The notes under the pieces were generated by a model, which was not told where the DNA came from, did no database searches, and saw only the letters and a list, made by a program, of their open reading frames with translations. Of a DNA stretch of 64,000 nucleotides, positions 36,747 through 45,714 are shown one piece after another (positions within the stretch are counted from its first letter, which is position 1; each line of letters begins with the position of its first letter). Source of the stretch: Synergistaceae bacterium (GTDB lineage: Bacteria > Synergistota > Synergistia > Synergistales > Synergistaceae); contig JAUNJZ010000001.1 of NCBI GenBank assembly GCA_030533085.1, positions 24,814 to 88,813 of the forward strand. Reading direction: 5' to 3'. The position numbers and the translations under genes were made by a program.

Positions 36747-38270
36747 CTAGTTTCTTATTATCTTTTCCATCGCTGATTCCGCATCAACGGGAACGTCAAT
36801 CGGTTTATATTTGGCCATCAGCTTATTTTTCTTAGCGATTGCGTTGTTAATCACATTCGTATCCAGATGTTTCTTTTCGCCTTTGACTGCGGAGCAATCA
36901 AAGATCGTACGGGTCCACAACTCTTTTCTAAAATGTGTGAGCGTATGGTCCGTACTGATAAAATCACCGCGCGGTCCCACTCTGTTGATGAGGTCAAAGC
37001 CTTCGGAAGACATATCGACAGTGATTCCGTCTTTTATCCTTTTAACATAATTTGCGACTTCCGAAGCGAGGATAAGAGTTTCGGCGCTGACGGCGTTCAT
37101 CCCTGCCAGAAGCCCCATCCCCTGAGCCATATTTATTCCGCTGAGAGCCGGTAAAAGGCTTGTTGCACACTGTTCTGCCCCGAGCTGATGATCCAGGGCT
37201 AAAGAGTCAGAGAGATTAGAGCCGCCGCCAGTCGGAAGGTTGTAGTGTTTCCCCATTTGCGTAGTCGCAATACGAAGCATACTAAACTCCGGCCCTCCGA
37301 CGCTGACATTTCCGTTTTTCATATTAATCACTCGCGCCCAGCTGGCGTAAATTACAGGTGCGGAAGACTTTACAAGCTTTGCCAGAACGATACTGCTTAA
37401 AAGTTCAGCGTTTGCTATTGCAACGGTTTCAGCAAGGGTTACTGGAGATGTTGCCCCGGCCATCGGCCCCGACTCGACAAAGAGCGGGATTCCATATCTT
37501 GCCGATTCAATAATAAGCTGCATAGAATCGCTGCGGTGATGGAGCGGACTTGTCAGTGTAACAAGAAATGAAAAAAACGGTGTTTTTTTAAGATTTTCCT
37601 CTCCGCCGGCGATATATTCCGCCATCTTTATTATCTTTCGCGCGTTGACAAGATCCTTGGCCTGGGCTTCGATATGCTTCGACGTATAAAGCATGCCGGC
37701 TTTGAATTCATATAAATCAGCGTATTCAGGCTCAACGTCTGTTGCTCCTACGCTGGGCAGGATATAATCAGGCGGATCGAGGATATCGCAGAGTTTCATG
37801 ACATCAATAACATCCTTGCTTGTAGACTGACGGTATTCACCGCTTTCGAAATCAAGATAGTTTGTGGCGAATCCTGTAGTTCCAAAATACAGGTTGTCAC
37901 CGCCTACATGGAGACTCCGGCGACCGCAGCGCCCATGAAGCTCCACCACTGGAATAGAGGCTTCTATTGCCTCATTGATAATTTTTTCTGTAAGAAAAAC
38001 TCTTGTTTTTCCATCAATTCTTGCTCCGGCATCTGCAAAGATTGAAATAGCCTCTTCATCCTCGCAAATAAAACCAACCTTTTCCAGAACATCCCGCGAT
38101 AATCTGTCAATATACCGGATCTCTTCGTTGCTCAAAATCTTAATGTCAGGCTTCAACGATACCAGCTCCTTATGTAAGTAATGTTGCAATGAAAAATTTG
38201 TATTATATATAGCCTTGCAATGAAACGTTTTCTTTATTCTATCAAAACTTTTATCCTTGTCAATATGCAT
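36747..38270 (-). CDS. MttB-superfamily methyltransferase 1 (no in-frame amber codon, so non-pyrrolysine)
   Basis: 507-aa uninterrupted ORF. The N-terminal pattern LSNEEIRYIDRLSRDVLEKVGF and overall length are typical of trimethylamine-methyltransferase-family proteins. Adjacent to a corrinoid protein. Confidence 0.85.
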   Translation of the reverse strand: MHIDKDKSFDRIKKTFHCKAIYNTNFSLQHYLHKELVSLKPDIKILSNEEIRYIDRLSRDVLEKVGFICEDEEAISIFADAGARIDGKTRVFLTEKIINEAIEASIPVVELHGRCGRRSLHVGGDNLYFGTTGFATNYLDFESGEYRQSTSKDVIDVMKLCDILDPPDYILPSVGATDVEPEYADLYEFKAGMLYTSKHIEAQAKDLVNARKIIKMAEYIAGGEENLKKTPFFSFLVTLTSPLHHRSDSMQLIIESARYGIPLFVESGPMAGATSPVTLAETVAIANAELLSSIVLAKLVKSSAPVIYASWARVINMKNGNVSVGGPEFSMLRIATTQMGKHYNLPTGGGSNLSDSLALDHQLGAEQCATSLLPALSGINMAQGMGLLAGMNAVSAETLILASEVANYVKRIKDGITVDMSSEGFDLINRVGPRGDFISTDHTLTHFRKELWTRTIFDCSAVKGEKKHLDTNVINNAIAKKNKLMAKYKPIDVPVDAESAMEKIIRN

Positions 38271-38549
38271 AGCGTGATTCCGTAAAGAACAATGCGCTTT
38301 TTTAAATTTGCTACATTATTGTATTAAAATTTACTCTTTAATATAAAAAATCTTTGAAGAAGGCGGTGTTTGATTTGTAATCTAAATGCAATATAATAAA
38401 AAAGATAAAAACTCAGAAAATTAGCTTTCATAAAAATATAGTTTGCGACAACAAGGTAGCGCAAGGAATGTCATTCTGCGCCAGAAAACGGGGGGAGATC
38501 TTACACTGTCGGGGCAGTCATTGGGTAGGACAGTTCATTGATTATGGAA

Positions 38550-38572
38550 GGCGGCGGAAGGAATCCGCCGCC
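38550..38572 (-). terminator. hairpin downstream of the RpiR-family gene
   Basis: GGCGGCGGA-aggaa-TCCGCCGCC, a perfect 9-bp GC stem about 95 nt after the stop. The T-run is weak. Confidence 0.4.
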
Positions 38573-38666
38573 TCTTGATGGAACTTTCCACACAGTCTAA
38601 GTAGCCCTCCATGGATCCACATGGTATAACCGCCTGTTTAGCCGGTAATCTGACTCCGACAAAAGA

Positions 38667-39542
38667 TCAATCAAGTTTTAAAGTAAAATCATAGTCTTTA
38701 AACTCAAACATATCAGATGAAACAATCAATGATTCATATTTTTTTAACCGCTGTTTGATATTTGTTTTGTCTTTTTTATACATCTCGATGAGCATTGCAT
38801 GTACCAAAGTAAGAGCAGACGAGGCCGGCTCGACAAATAATATATATTTTAGCGGCGTTATCAGATTCTGAGATGCATATTTCAATATTGGAGAAGCATG
38901 ACTGTCCGTTACGGCCAAAATAGGTATATTTAAATTATATAATGTCTCTGCTATCTTCAGAACTTCTTTAGGATATCTGGGATAACTGAATACTACCGCT
39001 ACAGTTTTATTGCTCAACAACTCCAGTTTTCCATAAAATCTCATATTCCTTTGATGAACGACACTGACTTTCTCCTTAAAAAAGCTAAGATAATCAGCAA
39101 AGTATTCTGTAATGTAATGTTGCGTCGGTCCGCCAACTAAAACTATATTATCCGCTTCCATCAACGTTTCAACAAACCTGTCAAAATCGGCGGGATCGAT
39201 TGACGCCAAAGACTCATCCAATAGATTTTTTTCTAACATGAATATGTCCTGATATGTAGGGAAATCAGAGCCACACGGCACAATCTGCCTGAACGGATCA
39301 TATTGGTTTGGTTTTTGCACCTGTTTTCTAAGATCCAACTGGAAATCAGAAAAACTATTATAGCCAATCGCATAAACAAAGCGGGTTAGCGTTGCTTCGC
39401 TCACACCTACGTTTTTAGCAATCTTGGAGGCATTCATCAAAGCGACATCATATATATGTTCGCATATATATTCTCCAATAGCGACCTGTTTGTTTGTGAG
39501 ATTGGGCGTTGCCTGCATAATTTTTTCGTTGATTGTTGCCAT
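38667..39542 (-). CDS. MurR/RpiR-family transcriptional regulator (HTH_6 + SIS domain)
   Basis: N-terminal HTH: LTNKQVAIGEYICEHIYDVALMNASKIAKNVGVSEATLTRFVYAIGYNSFSDFQ. C-terminal SIS-like region: NIVLVGGPTQH. Confidence 0.85.
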   Translation of the reverse strand: MATINEKIMQATPNLTNKQVAIGEYICEHIYDVALMNASKIAKNVGVSEATLTRFVYAIGYNSFSDFQLDLRKQVQKPNQYDPFRQIVPCGSDFPTYQDIFMLEKNLLDESLASIDPADFDRFVETLMEADNIVLVGGPTQHYITEYFADYLSFFKEKVSVVHQRNMRFYGKLELLSNKTVAVVFSYPRYPKEVLKIAETLYNLNIPILAVTDSHASPILKYASQNLITPLKYILFVEPASSALTLVHAMLIEMYKKDKTNIKQRLKKYESLIVSSDMFEFKDYDFTLKLD

Positions 39543-40242
39543 AAGAATCCCCTCACTGTAGACGCTGAAATCAGTTCTGGATTCAGGCTGGTATTTCCCG
39601 GCCCGATCCGCCTCACATAATTAACCAGACAGTCTGTATATTAAATCAACATCAGCAAAACCGCCAATGTTTTATCCAGGTTTCTCCTGCATAAAAATAT
39701 GCGCTGAACGGGTATATACAACAAGCCGCTCCGCGCATATACAAATCCATGCTTACGAAGATAGACCGTCGCCCCATGCCCATCGCATTAGCTAACTGCC
39801 GCGTTTTCGCGAGGTCTTCTGGCTTTTGGCCGTTCCCTGGCGTCTGCCTTCCCATCATGAGTCATAAACGACAGTGGCTGATGCGACCCAGCGTGCAGAA
39901 TATCTACCATATTCCACATGACCAATTACAGTAGCGAGGCTGCTTCGGACTTTCACCGATATTGTCTCACTTCAAAAACGCTAACTAAACAAAGACAAAA
40001 AACATCTCTGTCTTAAATTACGGTATCACATTTCTATAAAAAACGCAATATAGGAAATATTATTAACAGATTTACAATTTAAATGCAGCATGGCGTGCCT
40101 TTTCTCCGCACGCTGTTCTTTCGATCTGCATATTATTTGGGTGAAAGCACTGATATACAGTTGCTTCACTGTTTATCTCCGTAAATGGCAATCAACACTG
40201 CCGCCGCTCTGAATCACGATACAGACTGTGCTTTTGCAACAA

Positions 40243-40279
40243 CCATAGAGAACCGCAATCTTTGAACGGTTCTCTATGG
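40243..40279 (-). terminator. hairpin downstream of MT2 copy 2
   Basis: Perfect 13-bp inverted repeat CCATAGAGAACCG-(11 nt)-CGGTTCTCTATGG, about 40 nt after the stop at 40319. On the minus strand it is followed by TTGTTG. Confidence 0.5.
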
Positions 40280-40312
40280 CAAATGCCAACTTTACTCTGT
40301 CAAATTGCCAGC

Positions 40313-41349
40313 GCCGCGTTATTTCCCCTGCTCGTTGTAGAATTCGTCTGCCGCTTCAAAGAAGGCCATGATGTTCTCCCAGGGCGACATGGCGGGTATG
40401 TCGCAGCCGGAGGAGATGACGAAGTTCGGATACTGGCAGCATTCGCCCATGATTCTCTTTGTTTCGGCCTTCATCGTCTCCGGCGTACCGCTGTAGAAAT
40501 AGTCGGAGGGGCTGACATTGCCCATCACCAGCTTGTCTTTCGGCATCAGTTCGAGCATCTCCCTCAGACTTATCGAGTTGCCGAAGTGGAAGGCGGCAGA
40601 GCCGGTGCGCGCTATCGATTCAGTCATCTTAATCGCGCTCCCGCCGCAGTTGTGATAGATCACTATGAAGTTATCGTCCTGCACAGCTTCCACTATCTCG
40701 CGCACATAGCTCTCGGAGAATTTCACCGCCAGACGCGGAGAGAGAAGCCCGGTAAGCGGCTCCGCCATCACTATGCCGTTCGCGCCGACAGCCTTATAGG
40801 CCTTCGCGTACTCCACAAGGAAATCTGTTGACTTCCTGAGCACGGCCTTCATCATATCGGGCTTTTCTATGCAGTTTACAAGAGCCTCCGCTACGCCGAC
40901 GAGACGTCCGGCGAGCGAGAAGGGGCCTATTACTCCCGCGAATACAGGCCTGTCGGTGATCAGCTCGCAGGCTTTGCCGAGAGCTTCGATATATCTGCCT
41001 GTGCGCGCGGTTCCTACCGGGGGCACAGCCAGAGCCTCTGCCTCCTCGATACTGTTTACGACGGAGCCTACCACAGTGGGCACGTCCTCATCGGAGATAT
41101 GTACCGTAGAGCCGAAAGCCTCAGCTTCAACGGAGAGATCCATCATGCTTACCGATGCCAGGGAATCTATCTTGTCCGCGACCATCTTCATTCCCTTTGC
41201 CTGCAAGCCGCTGTCGCTTATCAGCTCGCGCACGGTTATCCCCATCAGAGTGACGCAGGGGAATGAGAGCACGGGCATCGCCTTTTTACGCGGAGCGGCC
41301 TTGATCTCTTCGAGCCAGTTGTTCATGTTCATTGGTAACACCTTTCCTT
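40313..41349. repeat. copy B of the 1,037-bp direct repeat (partner at 29310..30346)
   Basis: See copy A. The two proteins differ at two residues near the C-terminus (T/M and R/Q). Confidence 0.9.
40319..41332 (-). CDS. uroporphyrinogen-decarboxylase-family methylcobamide methyltransferase (MtaA/MtbA-like MT2), copy 2
   Basis: Identical to copy 1 except ENIMAFF...NEQGK versus ENITAFF...NERGK. Confidence 0.75.
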   Translation of the reverse strand: MNMNNWLEEIKAAPRKKAMPVLSFPCVTLMGITVRELISDSGLQAKGMKMVADKIDSLASVSMMDLSVEAEAFGSTVHISDEDVPTVVGSVVNSIEEAEALAVPPVGTARTGRYIEALGKACELITDRPVFAGVIGPFSLAGRLVGVAEALVNCIEKPDMMKAVLRKSTDFLVEYAKAYKAVGANGIVMAEPLTGLLSPRLAVKFSESYVREIVEAVQDDNFIVIYHNCGGSAIKMTESIARTGSAAFHFGNSISLREMLELMPKDKLVMGNVSPSDYFYSGTPETMKAETKRIMGECCQYPNFVISSGCDIPAMSPWENIMAFFEAADEFYNEQGK

Positions 41350-41477
41350 ATATTGGATTTGAATTGTAAATTTACTCTGTTTTCGTGCCGTTGCTACGGG
41401 AATGATAGCATAATGAAATAATCTTTTCAAGATATTCTTTTTATGAAAATTATGCAATCATAACCTTGAAATCTGTT

Positions 41478-43004
41478 TTATTGAGAATCCCCGCCGCTTT
41501 TCTTCCCTCTCATTTCCTCGCTCATCGCCTTCACGAGCGCCCACGCCATGAAGATGGTCATTATTGAATATGGGAAGGATATGACCCCCGCCAGCTTCTG
41601 GATACCGCGGAAATCGCCGGCAAAGAGCGTGATGGCGGAGATGACGGCCATCATTCCCCAGATGAAAAGCCTTCTCTTCGTTGTAGGGTTGATATCTCCG
41701 TTGCTTGAGAGCATTCCGACAACAAAGGTGCCTGAGTTTGCCGAGGTTACGAGGAAGGTCGCCACCAGTATGAAGCATACGATGGTCGTGATCGAGGAGA
41801 GCGGGAACATCGCCATAAGATCCCAGAGCGCCATTGACATGTTATTGACAGAGGAGTCCGCCAGGGCGCAGGTCGGATTTTTCATTACAGCGGAGATGGC
41901 CGTGCTTCCGAAAATCGTCATCCAGGCAAAGCTTCCGAGAGGAGGAATGATAAGCGACCCCATTACAAGCTCTCTCATGCTTCTTCCGTAGGATACGCGG
42001 GCGAAGAATACGCCGCAGAACGGCCCCCATGAAAGCCACCAGAGCCAGTAAAGCACAGTCCAGCCGCGCTGCCAGACGTCGAAATCCGGATCCCACGGGC
42101 TGACGCGCAGCGTCCAGTCCGGCAGATTCGCGACATAGGCGCCGAGAGACGTTACAAATGTCTGCAATATGCCGAGCGTTGGGCCAAAGAGGAAGAGGAA
42201 GCCGCAGATCAGTATCGACAGATAGACGTTGATATCCGCTATGACCTTTATTCCCTTTTTCAGCCCCGCGACCGCCGTTATAATATATACGACGGACATC
42301 AGCCCCAGCGAAATCTCCGCAAACCATATGCTGTTGGGGATGTTGAAAAAACGCGCGATCCCGGCGCCCATCTGTGAGGAGGCGATTCCCAGAGAAGAGG
42401 CTATTCCGGCCACAGTCACGAATACCATCCATGAATCCACAAAATGCGAGCAGTGCAGCGCAACCCTTTCATTCTTGAAGAGCGGCTCGACAAAGTTGCC
42501 CAGAAGCACGGGCCTGTTCTTCCTCATGCTGAAGTAGCCTATAACCATTGCTGTAATGCCGTAAATTCCCCACGGATGCACTCCCCAGTGCAGGAAGCTC
42601 AGCTGCATTGAGAGATCCGCCGCCTGCGGCGAGAAGGTGGCGATCCCGGGAGGAGGAGCTATAAAATGATATGCAGGCTCCGCCGCTCCGAAGAAGACGA
42701 GCCCGCTGCCCATGCCGGCGGAAAAGAGCATCGCCAGCCATGAAAAGGTGCTGAATTCCGGCTCTGAATCATCCGGGCCGAGTTTGATTTTGCCATACTT
42801 GGAGCAGGCAATATATATCATGAACAGTATATAAAATGTGAGCACCGAGACAAGATACCAGTTGAAATACTGGCAGATCCAGTCGAAAATTGCCGTCATG
42901 GTGCTTCCGAAAAGCTCGTTGTGGACAAGACCGAATACTATCAGTATAAGAGTAAGCCCTACTGAGCCGTAAAATACTGTATTATCATTTTCCTTTTGGC
43001 GCAT
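41478..43004 (-). CDS. BCCT-family (betaine/carnitine/choline) transporter
   Basis: 508 aa with 12 hydrophobic segments. The family signature region is WTVLYWLWWLSWGPFCGVFFARVSYGRSMRELV. Confidence 0.9.
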   Translation of the reverse strand: MRQKENDNTVFYGSVGLTLILIVFGLVHNELFGSTMTAIFDWICQYFNWYLVSVLTFYILFMIYIACSKYGKIKLGPDDSEPEFSTFSWLAMLFSAGMGSGLVFFGAAEPAYHFIAPPPGIATFSPQAADLSMQLSFLHWGVHPWGIYGITAMVIGYFSMRKNRPVLLGNFVEPLFKNERVALHCSHFVDSWMVFVTVAGIASSLGIASSQMGAGIARFFNIPNSIWFAEISLGLMSVVYIITAVAGLKKGIKVIADINVYLSILICGFLFLFGPTLGILQTFVTSLGAYVANLPDWTLRVSPWDPDFDVWQRGWTVLYWLWWLSWGPFCGVFFARVSYGRSMRELVMGSLIIPPLGSFAWMTIFGSTAISAVMKNPTCALADSSVNNMSMALWDLMAMFPLSSITTIVCFILVATFLVTSANSGTFVVGMLSSNGDINPTTKRRLFIWGMMAVISAITLFAGDFRGIQKLAGVISFPYSIMTIFMAWALVKAMSEEMRGKKSGGDSQ

Positions 43005-43050
43005 CCCCCAAACACCCCTCCTAAATAAATTTTGTTAAAATACTGCGAAC

Positions 43051-43103
43051 GAAAAAATCACGGGCGGCATTTCCCGCGCCCATCATGGAATGCCGCCGCC
43101 CGT
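43051..43103 (-). terminator. strong intra-operon hairpin with T-run between MttB-2 and the BCCT gene (terminator or attenuator)
   Basis: On the minus strand: ACGGGCGGCGGCATTC-(13 nt)-GGAAATGCCGCCCGT, followed by GATTTTTTCG. Confidence 0.55.
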
Positions 43104-43116
43104 AAAGCTTCAGCTC

Positions 43117-44613
43117 TTACTTTTCGAGCCAGATCTTGCCTGCGTCCGGAAGGATCTCCGGGAAGGCGGCTCTGATTTCCTTTTCGACCTCCGGGTCGAT
43201 AGGATCAGGTTTGTGATTCATGAGAATATCCATCGTCAGCTTTCTTGCCTTTTCGTTATAGACGGGCCTGCCGGCCAGATCCCACGACGCGAAGGTCTTT
43301 CTGTCCGCGAGCTTTGGATAGAAGAATTCGGACCGCGCATATTTTGTGGTCATCGGATGGTCGAGGAAGACCCCGCCTATGCCTATCTCTTTGAATACAT
43401 CGAGCGCAAGCCGCTCTTCGTCGATCTCTATCCCCTGAAGTACGCGCTTTGCCATCCCCAACACTTCGTTCGCGACGACGAAATTCTCCAGACAGAGTGT
43501 AAGACCGCCCTCTATGAGGCCAAAGGAGCCGTGCATGTTATTGGCGCCTGACATCGCGCCGAGCACAAGACCCATTCCAAGCTCTATGCCGAGCTGCGTA
43601 TCCATCACCTTTGAATCGCACATGCCGCAGATGGAATAATTCGGGATGTCGTACCACTGACTAAGCTGATTGATGGCGCAGTTCTGCATCCAGCCTTCGA
43701 CAGAGGCGAAGCAGAAGGAGCCGTCCCTGTGGTCCACCGTCATCGGAACGGCGGAATAGAAGCAGGGATGACCGGCTTTTTTGAGCTGAACGGTGATAAC
43801 TGTCATAAGCGCCTCGACGTTGCTCAATACAAGCTGTGCCGCAAGCGTGCCGGGGCAGGTCGTCCCCACGGTCGACGCTGTGGGAGAGGCGATCGGGAAG
43901 CCGTGATCTATTCCCAGCAGGAGAGTCTTCGTCCATGACTCGTCCATTATAAAGGGGCTGATGACGCCGCATACGAGCGTTATGAAGGGGCGCTCTCTGA
44001 AGGCGTCCTCCTTGCCCAGTATCATATTCGCCATCTTATAGATTTTCGGCACGCTCTCCGGGCGGTATGGGCCGGTGCAGATATGCTTGGAGCTGTTTTT
44101 CATCATGATAAAGTATCTGTTAAGGTCAGGAGCGCCCTTGCTGAGCTCGCTCGGGAAACAGCAGCTCTGAAGCAGGTCGGCGTTTTCCAGAGCGTCGCAG
44201 AGCCTGATACCGGCCGCGAGGTCGTAAATATTCGGGGCGCGGTGCTCTCCCGTCTCAAAATCCCATACTCCAACAGCCTCGCAGGATGGGCCGCCGTAAA
44301 AGCGATAAGGCCCCTGCTGGATATTGTTCTTTTCCACGCGGCCATACTGCGTAAATTCTCCCGGCGCGCGCCTGATGCATTCCTCTACGATATCGCGGTC
44401 TATTTTACATATTCCTGTTTCGTCGTCGACGATTGCGCCGGCCTTCTTCCAATACTCCCGTGCCGGAGCGTACTTTATACAGACGCCGATCTCCTTGAAA
44501 ATCTTCATGGAGGCCTCGTGTATCATCTGCATCTGCTCCTCCGTCAACGGCCGGTAGAGCTTTCCCTCATATACCTTTTTTTCAGTTTCTCTGCTTCTGC
44601 GTGATCTTGCCAT
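43117..44613 (-). CDS. MttB-superfamily methyltransferase 2 (non-pyrrolysine)
   Basis: About 498-aa uninterrupted ORF. LTEEQMQMIHEASMKIFKEIGV is an MttB-like N-terminus. GGGAGGG RBS before ATG 44613. Strongly diverged from MttB-1. Confidence 0.85.
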   Translation of the reverse strand: MARSRRSRETEKKVYEGKLYRPLTEEQMQMIHEASMKIFKEIGVCIKYAPAREYWKKAGAIVDDETGICKIDRDIVEECIRRAPGEFTQYGRVEKNNIQQGPYRFYGGPSCEAVGVWDFETGEHRAPNIYDLAAGIRLCDALENADLLQSCCFPSELSKGAPDLNRYFIMMKNSSKHICTGPYRPESVPKIYKMANMILGKEDAFRERPFITLVCGVISPFIMDESWTKTLLLGIDHGFPIASPTASTVGTTCPGTLAAQLVLSNVEALMTVITVQLKKAGHPCFYSAVPMTVDHRDGSFCFASVEGWMQNCAINQLSQWYDIPNYSICGMCDSKVMDTQLGIELGMGLVLGAMSGANNMHGSFGLIEGGLTLCLENFVVANEVLGMAKRVLQGIEIDEERLALDVFKEIGIGGVFLDHPMTTKYARSEFFYPKLADRKTFASWDLAGRPVYNEKARKLTMDILMNHKPDPIDPEVEKEIRAAFPEILPDAGKIWLEK

Positions 44614-44672
44614 AATATTCCCTCCCGCTCGTAACAATCAAAAATCCATCTCCACAGCCGCGAAGCGAAAAG

Positions 44673-45314
44673 CTACGCTACCCCCGCCAGCTCCTTCGCC
44701 ACGCTCACACATTCGTTGGCATCGGCCGTATAACGCGCGCCGATCTTTTCTCCGAAGGTCGGCGACGTCGGCGCTCCGCCTATCATCACGTGGAGCTTGT
44801 CATACAGCCCTTCCTCTTTCAGGATATCGACGACCTCTTTCATATTCGCCATCGTCGTCGTCAACATAGCCGACATACCCAGAATCATCGGGTCAAGCTC
44901 TTTTATCTTCGCCACGATCTCGCCGGCCGGCTTGTCAACGCCTATATAGATGACCTCGAAGCCAGCCCCCTCCAACATCAGGCCGCAGAGCTTTATGCCG
45001 ATATCATGCAGGTCGCCCTCGACCGTTACTGTCATAATGCGTCCGATCGATTTGATATCGTCGGCCAGCAGAAGCGGCTTGATGACCTCTATCCCCGACT
45101 GAAGAGCCTTGGAGGCGACCAGCACCTCTGGAACGAACATCTCTCCCTCTTTGAAAAGAACTCCGACCTCGCTCATCCCCGCGATAAGGGCATTGTTCAG
45201 TATCTCTCCGGCCGCTATCCCCTCGTCGGCCGCCTGGCGGACCAGAGAGGCGACGCCCGCGCTATCCCCATCCATGATAGACTCCATAATTTCCTCAAAC
45301 AGCTTTTCCTTCAT
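44673..45314 (-). CDS. corrinoid (cobalamin-binding) protein 2
   Basis: TVEGDLHDIGIKLCGLMLEGAGFEVIYIG (DxHxxG). Highly similar to corrinoid protein 1 along its whole length. Start at Met21 of the ORF-track protein. Confidence 0.9.
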   Translation of the reverse strand: MKEKLFEEIMESIMDGDSAGVASLVRQAADEGIAAGEILNNALIAGMSEVGVLFKEGEMFVPEVLVASKALQSGIEVIKPLLLADDIKSIGRIMTVTVEGDLHDIGIKLCGLMLEGAGFEVIYIGVDKPAGEIVAKIKELDPMILGMSAMLTTTMANMKEVVDILKEEGLYDKLHVMIGGAPTSPTFGEKIGARYTADANECVSVAKELAGVA

Positions 45315-45629
45315 CCCGCATTCCCCCTGTATGGTATTTTGTCGTTCGTCAGGTAAAATTGCCGCACAATACAACAGCAGACATCTTTTCGCGATAAATG
45401 TCCAATAAAATATTCTCCCGCTCTTTACCCCGCCGGCCCTCAGATATAAGCTGAATTTACAAAACCGTCCGTTTTAAAGAGCTTAATATTACGCCTTGCA
45501 ACTTTACTTTGATTCACTATAAGAAGTGTACACTTTTGTCCATGTTAATGTCTATTGAGAAAATCGTGAAAGGGATTGTGCAAAATCGTTAAAAGCAGCT
45601 GCTGAAGAATTGGAAATAATATCTCACAA

Positions 45630-45661
45630 GGAGGCGGAAGCGCCTGACAGCGCCGCCCTCC
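45630..45661 (-). terminator. hairpin downstream of the histidine kinase gene
   Basis: GGAGGCGG...CCGCCCTCC, an imperfect GC-rich inverted repeat about 55 nt after the stop at 45715. Confidence 0.35.
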
Positions 45662-45714
45662 TGAAACAATCGCCTTTGCTATATCCGTATGGACTTTGTT
45701 TAAGCGGCGCTTTC

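Noticed and set aside
36747-38270. Pyrrolysine (in-frame UAG) in the MttB homologs (also 43117..44613)
   Set aside because: Both ORFs are uninterrupted at full family length, so they are non-Pyl members. No pyl genes are in the window.
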